From: Phoronis australis
Taxonomy: Eukaryota > Animalia > Phoronida
DNA length: 64,000 bases
Assembly (NCBI GenBank): GCA_002633005.1
Contig: NMRA01000216.1
Coordinates: 49,843 to 113,842, forward strand
Reading direction: 5' to 3'
A program made the position numbers and the translations under genes. The stretch's first letter is position 1. Every line of letters begins with the position of its first letter. This document shows positions 43,101 to 55,100 of this stretch, piece after piece. The notes under the pieces were generated by a model. It was given only the letters and a program-made list of their open reading frames with translations. It made no database searches and was not told where the DNA came from.

Positions 43101-46100
43101 TTGCAACCCTGATTAGTTTGATAATTAAATCGTCAACTTTGTGTCATGGATATGCCTTGGTCACATAGGAAAGTGATCGCCACCCTGGACCAGACACGAA
43201 CCGACGCTAAAGTGATGAAGCAAAATATCAAAAACATCAAGGCCAAGTTCGAGGGGTCAAAGGTGAAGACGGCGACCCTGCTGCACGATTTGACGGCGCA
43301 GGCGACTAAGCTAGAGAAACTGAAGGCACGGGTGGGCATGAGTACGTCACTCAGTGCATTCCTGCAGCTCAATGAGCTGTCATCTGATGAGGAGGAAGAC
43401 GATGCACTTTTGCATGAAGGTGAGAGGTCATCAAAGCTGGCTGTCAATAGATGGAGCTGTGTGTCAGAGTGTCTGTTTTATCTGTTCTCAGCTATGGGCC
43501 AGAACATCATGAACTGATTTTCAATGTATTGGTGATGAATGCTTCATGCTGTAGTGGTCTTGCTTTTGACATTTTGAATCTCTGTGACTTTTGTTAGTCA
43601 CTTGTCGAGAGTCATGCCGACATTAAAAACGAACTTCAAGTAAGAAACCATTTTTCTGAAATTGGGGAAGTGTTATTTTCGATTTTGAATTTGACCCTAC
43701 ATGTCGAAAAATATATTGCTTAAAACCACCATTTACCTTGTTTTAACAAGTGACTATATTATCAATCAACCTCATTAAACTTTACTAATTAGTTTGTAGC
43801 ACTACACATTACCATGAATTCAATTTCTCAAGAATGGGAAAATAGAGGAAAGGTGACTTTAATTGAAGGTTTTTTAACTCCATGTACAGGTGTGTGACGT
43901 AAGAAAATGTCATAAACACAACACGTTATCATTCTTTAGTATATCATAAACCACAGGAAACCAAGCAGCAGTATCTCACAATCTTTCACACAATTCACTA
44001 ATGTTTTGATTGGTTGTCTCGATTCTACATAGTATGTATCGACCAATAAATCTTCATAATTCGAGATCAACTATTTAACATATCATCAGATTGTTTTTTT
44101 CAGTGTTGTGCTTTGACAACTGATCAACTGATTAGGTTGTTTTTGGTGCTTTTGGTTTGAATATGGTGATTTTAAGCACTTTAATCACTTTGTAAACAGA
44201 ACAATTTTCAGAATTGGAAAATCAATTGGGTGAGTTGGGAGACTGGAGTTTGAGATACTACCTGCCTTCTAGTTGTGTTCTGTTTTCTTTTCTTATCATA
44301 ACAACTTTCTCTCATTCAGTGACTGACAACATTGAGAAAGTTCGATAAGGTCTTGCTCTAGTGTTCTGTGCCACCCGTTTTTCTCTGTTACAACACATAC
44401 CAGGATTTTAAAGAGACATAAAACACAGCAGAACTGCTTTTATGTCTTAACTTAAATTGTCAACGATTGATTTTGGGGGTTCAATCCAAAACTTGCCATC
44501 TTTTGATGATGAAATCAAATTGCATTCATTTTTAAAATCTCAAACATTGTGTCATAAATTATTTTAAGAGCTTAGCATAACCAAGGTGGGTAAGGTCTAG
44601 TTGATGGTAAGTTATCCATCTAAAGACCAGATGGCTTGAGTCAGTCAAAAACTGTTTTGTACTCTGCCTTTTTGAAGTCAAGTCAGTGGGGACATAAAGG
44701 AGAAAGTTGTAATGTATAAAATGTTGCAATAGTAAAAATTTTATGTACAAAGTACGTAGTTTGGTAAAATCTCACCAATAACAGACAAAAATGTTAAAAT
44801 TGCCTATTTTTCTTTTGTAAAGGGCTTAATCTGTGAATGTCCATAGTTTCTCAAAACACTCGTCAGATCATAGCTTAGTGTACATAAAGTTGAATACTCA
44901 TGAAAAGTGATGATCAGAAATAAAATGTCAGTCATGTTGTGTCCAAAATGTCAGCTGTCTGCCATGTTGTGATCAAAATGTCAGCTGTCAGCCATGTTGT
45001 GTCCAAAATGTCAGCTGTCAACAATGTTGTGTCCAAAATTCATGGGATTTTATCGTACGGTACTATAAAGAATAATCAACTTTAATGTTGTCAGTTTTAA
45101 CCGCGCTTTTGATTTTTCTTCCGTCCCATTTGCTGTTGGTATTTTGTTAACTTGACGTTGTGTTGTCCTGTTGCATTCAACAGAGGAGTATGATGAGTAT
45201 GATAAAGAGTTTGATCGTCTGCGTGAAGCTAACTTGAAGACACGTCAAGTGAGGGCCGTTGAGGAGCTGGTGGTGGCTAAACAGAAGGTGGATGAGTGTA
45301 GACAAAGGTTGGACTACGCCAGGCAACAGGTAAGCGTGATTGGATGGATGTATTATACAGACTGTATGGTACATCTTAAAAGTAATCAGACAAAATACCG
45401 GGAATGGGGTTTGAACAAACTACCATTTTTCTGTCTTGACGTGTCATTCTAGCTTCTCAGATGGTGAACTCCACTTGATGAGGAATTCAGCTTACACTCA
45501 GCCATCGTGACGGGGAATTGGACGATCCTGATAAAATTCTTTTTTTTGGAGTTAGGAAAACGCGTTACATTGCCATTGTTTTAGAAATGTCGAGCTGATT
45601 CTAGGAGTCACATTCATGGATACTCTTCAAGTTCATTCAACTTTCTGCCACCAGAGTTGTGGTAGTAAAGTTTGGTGGCATTGGAAGGTCAAATATAGTT
45701 AATGCAATCAAGAACAGTTTAGAAAGTAAGATGCCAACAAGTAAAATGAGAAACTCCAATGGTATGAAAAAAACACAGAGAATTGTCTGTCGCATGTTGC
45801 AGCAGTGTGGGTAAATAGCACAAGATTCAATGTCGATGTGTTATCCGGAACTGTCCTATTCCGGATCATTTTGTCTGATTGTTTTGGGCGTGAACTGTAT
45901 CTCTTGCATGTAATTTCAGTAGCCTGAAAATTCAATGTTTTCAATATACAGGATTAATTATTTTTTGTTGTAAATTTCCAAACAAGTGCAGTTATCTGTA
46001 GAAACTGTTGTTTGCTCTATTCTTGAAACACATTAATTTTTTCATTAATTTCTCAGTCTTTCACCTGAGGTCATCAGTAATGAACTCAAAACTTCTTTTC

Positions 46101-49100
46101 TCATGATGCGATAGCTCTGCCTTCTCTTCAGGTGCTTCACTGGAAAGGTAAAGTGGACCGTGCGTGTATCGAGCGACTGAAGAACTTCAGTAACCCTCCG
46201 GTTCTTGTGGGTCACGTGATGGAAATGGTGATGACTCTGATTGGTAAACGACTGCCGTCGACCTCGCTCAAGCCTGGTGCAGACACTAGTAAGGACGACC
46301 TGTCTGGCCGTATGTCCGCCAGCTCCAGTAGCACTAAAGTGACCCAGAGGAAAGGTAGGCAACAAAGGCACTCTTACTACATTTAATTTTTACATTTCTT
46401 GGGCATAGTAATCAACATACGAGTAGTACTCTTCTTACAAAAAGTCGAAAAATTACTGATTAGTAATTATGAAGCATGGAAATTCGGTTTTTACTGTCCG
46501 TCACTTGTGATCAATGTTTAAGGTGCTTTGATGCACTGCTGCAGAAGGGGGGGTCAATGTTTGCTTCAAATCTCTTTCATTGCAGGAGGAAAGCTGATCT
46601 TTTGTGTCTAGAGGCCTATTTTGTCAAAGATTTGGTACAGTGGTTGCTGAGGCCATTTGATCTTGAGATTTTTTGTGATGGAACTTCTTTATTACATTTT
46701 TTACAAGATTCGTGGTGAGAACGTTGGAGTGGACTACAGTTTTTCGTCATTTGCACTGTTCTTGCACTAGCAAAGATATATCACCTTGCTTTTGACTTTC
46801 TGACCTATGACCTTTGACAAAACTGGTTTTCAAGTACACTTTGGTACCATTATTACAGTTTCAGTGGCTAGAAGTAATTGTGGGTAATCACTTGGGTCTT
46901 TGTGTAGTTATTATTCTTTGTACTGTACAATCCTTTTGTGTCGTGTTTATGACTGTAGTCATGACACTGTCATCTCTAATCTTCTAGGTATCCGAACTAA
47001 GGAAATGCCAGACAAGTTTGAGCGAGGTCAGTGGAAGGTCATGCAAATGGCAATGAGCGACACTATCAAGTTTGTGGACATGTTACATAACATATCCTGG
47101 GAGGATGGTCTTGACCCTCAGGTGGTGACAGGTGAGAAGCGGGTCGGTCGGGCCTTACCTAACTGCCTGACGCGTAATGTACTACAGTGGTGGCTATAAC
47201 CAGATATAATGATTGACTGCGGGGTGCTTTCTGGGCTCATCTTCAATTATTTTACATTTTTTATGTTCCATAGTAAGCATTCATAAAATGTAGGCTTATA
47301 GTCCATCAAAAGAGAATCAGAACACCTTGATTCTTTAGACCACTCTATCTAAATGCCTATGGATGTGAAACATGTCGTCCGCCAAACAGATTTGCGGTTT
47401 GCTCATGCCTTCAAATGTCTAGAGTTGGTGAGCTGGCTACTCATCAGGATGAAATTTCGTAGTTGAAACCACTTCAATTGGTGCCTCTCCGCTAAGCACT
47501 CACTGACAGTTGGTTGAAACCACTTCAAATTCTGAGTTTCTGTTAATAGCAAAGTATATATTAATTATTATTTAATAGCAGTGATTGGCAAAACCCTTGT
47601 TAGTGACTAGTCTGCCAGATGAAGGTGTCTGTGCTGTTATTAGAAAGAGGATCTGAGACACTTCTAACATCCGAAAGTTTGTTCAGTCTTCGATTACTGT
47701 ACAGTTTACCCATCTAACTGGGCTTCCTTTAGTTTAATGTTAGACTATAATTGACGCTTTGTGTTTATTATTCCCTGCAGCTGTTGAGAGTTACCTGTCT
47801 AAGGGTACTGCAGGTGAACTTGGTGTAACAGGTGAAGGTTCTCTGTTGGAAAATGCTCAGGGTAGGTCAGCGACTCTGGTTGAGTGTTTGTGAGTAAGGT
47901 ATTGTAATCTTGTTCATAACTAAGCTGCATGAAATTTACTCTCTCGTCATGTGCATGGCCGATTGGGTCAGCTGGCAGAGACATCTGATTGGCTTATGAG
48001 CTGGAAATTGCTACCCGGGATCATTGTGCATGGTATTCAGTCAGCAGTTTGGCTGTATATTATAAGTCACCATCATAATGATAAAGTTTAATTTCATGAT
48101 AAAAAGCAGCTGCTGTGCTAATCATGTTTCTCTAGGCCTTGCCATGCCAATCTCACGCTCACAATGTTCAAGCCCATACAATCATGTTGGTGAACAGGAT
48201 GGTCTAGTTCTGGCAACTTGAGCTAAGAATATTTGACACCATCCACGGAAGTGTAAAACTCTTTGTCTGTTCTCACTTGGTGTTTTTCCTGTTCAGTTTT
48301 AAATTGGACCGAAGGTACCTTAGTGTGACAAGACCTGAAATAAGTTCATTAAGCGTGTTACTTTGAGAGATTTTTAACATGATCATAATTTTTCTATTCA
48401 GATACCAAGTTTGTGGCCAACCGTCGTTCGCCTTCGCCAGATAACACACGCGGCATTACCATCACGGCTGCCAAGTTCTCCAGCGAGGACGCTGCAGCGC
48501 TGGTGCAGTACACCATCGCCATCATCGAGTACACACATCTGTGCGGCCCCCTGAAGGCGGCGCTGGAGAAGCAGCATGAGTTGGAGCGCGAGATCGAGGA
48601 GAATGAGCGGCAACAAAAAGAGAAGGAACACCAGGTATGTGTTAAAGGTGCTTTGGGCCAATAGGAAGGAAGAAGTGTATTGTTGTGCGGACTGGCACAT
48701 GGGCCTTTAAGGGAGGATATTGAGATATTAGTCATGACATAGGTGCGCGAACTTGGCGTAAGATAAAATGAGGTTGAAAAGTTTTTTTCTAGAACTGACA
48801 CATCGAGTGAAAAAATCTCATCTCATTGCATTCGGGCGTTAATTGAATATTTGACAAGTCTGGGTACAGTAGTTTTCGGACGTTAGTAGATTTCATCAAA
48901 ATTGGTCTGGCTTTGTCAAAGTATTGACAAGATGCCAGAAGGAAACTTGGAAAAAATAATATGCCTAAATCATTCGAAAATTGGTTTGCCAGAAATTATT
49001 TGCTTCGAAATTCCGTCAATGTGGGCTGGGAAGTTTTGCCAACGTTTTGTGAAAACTAACTGTTTCAGTAATTTCTTTTTGTAAAAAGTCTATAAGTGCT

Positions 49101-52100
49101 GAAGTTAGTACTACATAGTTTTACCTGTTGAGTGTGAGAAAAATGTAAAGTATGGAATTGTACAAAAATCAAAAATCATGCCAGTGTCGCCAGCTATTCA
49201 TCTCTCTAGTTCTTAGGTTTACTCATAATATTGAATAAATAGAAATTGAATTATACACCGTCATCATGGTTTTGATTTTATTTGTAACACGCAATTGCCT
49301 GAGTACCTCACTTTGATTATTCATCAATTGTCACTTTGCGCTTGTATCACACTTTCAGGCATTGAATTTGCACTTGGCACAAAATTTGTTCACCGTTAAC
49401 TCTTTTTTCACTATGGCTACTCTCGAGTCGCTCTCCTTACTCATGTCAGGTCAACGGGGTCAACCTACTTAGGCTGTTGACCCTGCTGACCCAGCGTAGA
49501 CTGAGTGAGTGATTCGTGTACAGCCTTTGTGCCTTAATTTTGAAAGTGAGTGTTAATCTACGATTACTTGAAATATGCAGAAACTGGGACCTGTGCCTGA
49601 CAAGGTATCACTTTGCAAGTCATGCGTTCAGTGGACACTGCTGTTGTAATCCCTTAGAATACAGTCTTTGTCACAAAGTTGTTCTTCGTCTGTTTAGACT
49701 GTTTGGAATCCTTGTTACCGACTGTTGTAAAATTTTTGTGCCGCGTTAAGTTGCCAAAGGTTTGAGAATTTCAGTCAGTTAATGAAATCTAATTCGTGTT
49801 AATGGTATTTTAATAAAACCTAGAAGATTAATTGACGTTTGATCCGTTGTTAATTCTCTTTTCGTGACCAGGAAAAACTAGCGCAACTTAATAAGGTTTG
49901 TCTCTCGCCAAGCTAGTGCTTTGTGGACTTTGGTTCTTGGGGAGTGGTGCATGTGAATGTTCTGTATGCGTGAAAACAGGGTACTTGTGCGGCCAACAGT
50001 TCTCAGTATCACATTGTGCAGTTGAAATCATGTGAGCCACTGTCATCTATTTTGCGACGGGAAAGCGTGCTTTGAAAATTGATTCCAATGATTTTAGATC
50101 GAGTTAGTAAAGCCCAAAGTGGACAGTTCACAGGTCTGGAAGCAGTTTGTTCTTCGTTTAATTTTTATTTTCTTGCATTAAATGTTAGTAAAGTTGCAAT
50201 TGAATGTTCATACTAATCCAAACAACAAATTCTTTTAAATCGTTAATAAGCATTTTCAAAATCTTGTCATTTTATCAGTTTTATGGGACAGTTAACTGGT
50301 TGAGGGAAAGAAATGGTTCGGTCAATTGTTGACAGTAGTGACGCACTGGAATTTTTATTGGTCACAAATTAATCCAGTTTTCTCTTAGAAAGGCTTGTTC
50401 ACTTGACCTTGTTTGTTTGGTGGTTTTTTGTTTGTTTGTTTGTTTGTTTGTTTTTTGTTTGTCTGTGTGCTGTGTATTGAGACTGCACATAAAGTGTTGA
50501 TTGCTGTGTATTCCTGAAGCACCACAATGCACTGTGTAAATTTTGCACCGACTGGCTTGCACGCACGTATTGGCTTTTTAGTTGTTTAGTCTAATCTAAT
50601 TTGCTTGCGTAAAACAAATTCGTTTTTGAATCTTTGCCCCATTGAAGTATAAGAAGACTTTCTGACTATTGAGTTATTACACTCATCTGTTTTATACTTT
50701 TATCTCACTTTCACATGACAACTGTCCAAATGTTTTACATCAACAAAATTAATGTATTGTATTGTTGTGCACATTATCTATTTTACACCTTATTCTTTCC
50801 GCATTTGATTGAGGAAGAGTTGTAGGATACCCATCAAATCATCTTTCCTAGAAATGCTTAGTTTCTCGTTAAACTTCCTGCAAACGGTTCATTTGCTGAA
50901 TGCCATCAAATCAGAGTAGAATGAAAACGAAGTAAAATCCAATCAAATTAATCAAGTCGGAGTTAAACAAGACAACTTGCTTGATACACTTAATGCCAGG
51001 GGATCCTCACCACTTTGAAAAGTTTGTTTTGGACCAATGCTGTCAGTGGTGCCCTCTGTTGTCAATAAAAAAAAGAAAAATATGGGGAGATAAGTGAGAT
51101 GTGGTCAGTGCAGTTCATTTTCAATTTGAAACTTGAGAATTTACTTCTTTCTGATGTGGTGTTGTTCTCCACTTTAAGGCGGCTATTAACGAAGCCTTCA
51201 TCTAAGAAGCGAACTTTAGACCACATACCACTGTAACATTGATCTCAATTTTGTCCCTTTACTAAGTTGAGAAGTGATTTCTGGGTTGATAAAGTACTGA
51301 CAACTTGTTTCTTGAGACCATGGTCGACATGCTGTGACAAGCTAAGTTGTAGAGCCTGGTCTACTTGAGCACAAATGAACTTTCAGTTCTTTCAAAGTCA
51401 TGAAATTAAGTCTTGCTTGACTAAGGAACAATCTGAGACAAATTTCCCAACAAAAAGTGGTCAAAATCAAAAGCTTTTTTATGAAAGGACGGTTTATAGC
51501 TGCCTCATCCATAACACGACTGAAACACGCATGTCTGAATCTTATCATAATATCTGGCCAAGGACACAATATATCAAATGGACAAGTTAGTGTAATCCAC
51601 TCTGTTCTACATACTGTGTACCATATGAGTAATGCTTTGCTTTTTCCAAATTATGCACTATAACTATGTCTGTGACTTTATAATATTTTTGAACACATGC
51701 AGGCTTGAAAGAGTGAAGAAAATGATATTTTATAAATGGTTAGAAATTTTCTCTGAGAGTGCTGAGTCTGAATCCACAAATTAATTTTTATTAATCCCCT
51801 GTGTCACGCAGCCATCAGATGTTGAAGACAAAGTCGACGAAGACTTTGAAGAGGAGCTCGTTGAAGAGGACATCCCGCGTGTTCAGGCAGAGCTGGACAC
51901 GATGCAGCGTCAATTTGACCTCTCTGTCGTGGAAAAACACACCCTGGAGATAGAATTAGTGTCCATGAATGAGAGACTGAAGGCTGCAACTAGTGTCCTG
52001 GAAAGGTATGTGTTTATGGGGCATTTTTAAATGATTTTTCAAAATGCAGTGTTGTCCCACCTGGCTGTACAGTCATGTCGTTGTAATAATTGGAAAAGCA

Positions 52101-55100
52101 GAGGACAATTATGGAAAACTAACAATTTTAGTTGAAATTTTGGAATAATGTAATTGATTTTAATCTGTGCCACTTGCCTGGATGCGGATGGTGGATCAAT
52201 TTTTTTCCAAAATTTAGGTTAGGTTGACTCATTACTTAGGCCTTCTACAGGCCCAGTGCAACAGACATTGTGCTTTAACTTCACTGCTCATACTCAGCAA
52301 GTCTACCAGCCTACTTGAGGAATTGTGCAAGTGTCTTAAATAAATGTTTTGTTGTTGATGACAGTTTTCACTGAAACTGGTTTATTTCCAAGGCATTTTT
52401 TTCTAAATGCTTTGGTAAGTGAAACACCGACCGACATGGTGTTCTGGTGTTTCATCTTCCATCCAGCATTTCAGGCAGTAGGAATCTTTTGTTCGACATG
52501 TTGTTTTCTAATATGTTTCTTCAGGTGATAGTAATCTGTAATCACCTGCATTACCATTAAGTTTGCAGTTGAGACATTGTCTGACACAAAGGCTTGGTAG
52601 TTGGACTGGAAGCTACCCAGCTCACCACCTTTTTTGTTCTCCTACAGTCACTTTTGTCCAAGATGTTTTCCAGCGTTTTAATGACCAGCCCCTTATTTCA
52701 AAGGATTATGTTTAAGTCATCAATGTTGACGTATTCCAGTTTGAAGCCACAAGAGAAGGAATGGCGTAAACATGTGAAGGATAATGACAGTAGTGACCTG
52801 CTATTGGCCAACTGTATTGCAGCAGCGGCATATCTAGTCTATTGTGGACCTTTGGGGTTGGATACAAGGTAATTGGGAACTGTACACTGGGGGGACACAA
52901 AACTGACAGTAGTGACCTGCTATTGGCCAACTGTATTGCAGCAGCGGCATATCTAGTCTATTGTGGACCTTTGGGGCTGGATACAAGGTAATTGGGAACT
53001 GTACACTGAGGGAACATATGTCACAAAACTGACAGTAGTGACTTGCTATTGGCCAACTGTATTGCAGCAGCGGCATATTTAGTCTATTTTGGACCTTTGG
53101 GGCTGGATACAAGGTAATTGGGAACTGTACACTGAGGGAACATATGTCACAAAACTGACAGTAGTGACTTGCTATTGGCCAACTGTATTGCAGCAGCGGC
53201 ATATTTAGTCTATTGTGGACCTTTGGGGCTGGATACAAGGTAATTGGGAACTGTACACTGGGGGGACACAAAACTGACAAGTGAAATGTGCCTTCTCTTC
53301 TATGCACATTAGTTTTACTAGCTCAAAGTTGTGATGGGTTTAATCTCCATTGTTTTTTAAGCATGATATAGGAGGAGAGGTTCGCTTCTACTTCTAGATG
53401 TTTTTTTGAACATGCCTTTTGTGTTTTCTAAGTTAGTAAATCTACCGGTAGTAGTCTTTGACAAGGGGTTTCCACATTTTGAGAAACAGTTTTCACTGAA
53501 TAAAGTGCAATAAGGTGGTTGTGAACACCAAGGACCTCTGTGGGTGACTGTTGCAAGTCTACTAAAGGTTTCCTTAGATTCGATGTGTTTCAAAAGCTCA
53601 GTGGATTATGTTATTTTTGTGTTTGGTGTTAACTGGTGTACACTATAAACTGTGCAAATAAGGAAGTCAAATTTTCGTTCTGATTATTTTTGTTGAGAAT
53701 TTCCGTCTATGAAATAAAATTTCACTGTTACGCAATATTCTGTTACAAATTGAAGGAACATTTAAATTACTGTTAGGTGAATGAATATGTTCTCTGGTTT
53801 TGTTGTGTAGTTGAATGTATAATTATTTATCGGTTGTCTTTAAACCTTTGGTCCTTGGGCCTGACCCGCGCTTCTGAGTTATAGAGTTAGAAGAGTAATG
53901 TGAAAGTGTTGGATTTCTGTTGTTGGTGATTTTAGAAAATATGAGTGATGGCCGACTGGGGATAAGCACATTCAGATACTATACATGATCTAACATTTAT
54001 TTTGTAGTGGAATCAGTTATCTGAATTTTCTCGTTAATTGTAAGGATGGTGACTCTTCATTTTTCATCAAAACGATTCATGCTAAATGGAGTTCAAAGGC
54101 ACTCTGAATGTTAGAATGTTTTGTTACTTAATGGTTACCGTGTTTTTCCATAGAGCCCGTATGGGAGAGTTCTTCATGTATGTGTGCGACCACCACGGCC
54201 TTCCTCTGCCCAGTAATCAACTGTTTAGGAACATGTCTCTTGCCCAGTTCCTGTACGATTCTGTAAGTATATCTACCATAGGTGTGAGCATCTGTAAGGC
54301 CTGGCCTATTGTTAAACTCCACCTAGTTTACGTAAAAATCATGCGAAGGCTTCCTTGATTTTGCTCAGTAGTACGATTCCCTGAAATGCTATATTCAGGC
54401 AAATTAATTTGTACTATAAACAAGGAAAGTTTTCTTTGGGACACAATTTTGCCATCAGATTTCTCAGCATTAATTCTGGGGAAATAAAGTGGCGAGTTAC
54501 GAACATTACTTTGTTCATTGGCAATTGAATTCGAAGCCAAGCTGTTCTTGGCCAATGACAGTGTTGCAGCCTCAACTCTGAGGCTCATTTATTCAATAAC
54601 CAGAAGATGTTAACAATCTCACACACATATGGCCAGGGCACTTCAAAGTCTTCCAATGGTAGCTACAAATCTTGCTTGGTTTCTCGATTGCATGAGGCAC
54701 AACAGATTAGTGGAAATAATCCCGGCCTGTCAAATTCTGTGATTTTGAAATACACAGGAACACAGCTAATGCGTTATAAATTTGTTGCTGGCGTGATGTC
54801 AGCCTTAATCTTCTGTATAATTCAATTTTGCTGGTTCATTTTTTGTTATCGCTAGCAAGACAATGGTATCAACAACGTGATCAATTTTTATTTGATATAA
54901 CTGTTCTAGATGAGGTATCAAAAACACTAGTTTTCCACGCTATTATTCATTTCCATTTCATGCAAATCCTATTCATACGTTAAACATTTCAGAAACAATT
55001 CCCAAAAAGGGTTTTGATGAACAGTGTGTAAAGCATAGCATAAAAAAATTATGAAAGTTTCGTCTGAATCCGATCAGCCATTTCTGAAATACGATGTTGT

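Noticed and set aside
45299-45313. tagacaaaggttgga shared between exon 45 and exon 7
   Set aside because: Short, read in different frames, 40 kb apart; probably chance
51178-51232. Exon-like segment after ctttaag
   Set aside because: The phase-0 frame stops after 8 codons; the open frame does not match flanking phases
52712-53307. Minus-strand ORFs of 72 and 157 aa
   Set aside because: Antisense read-through of the exon-51 tandem array
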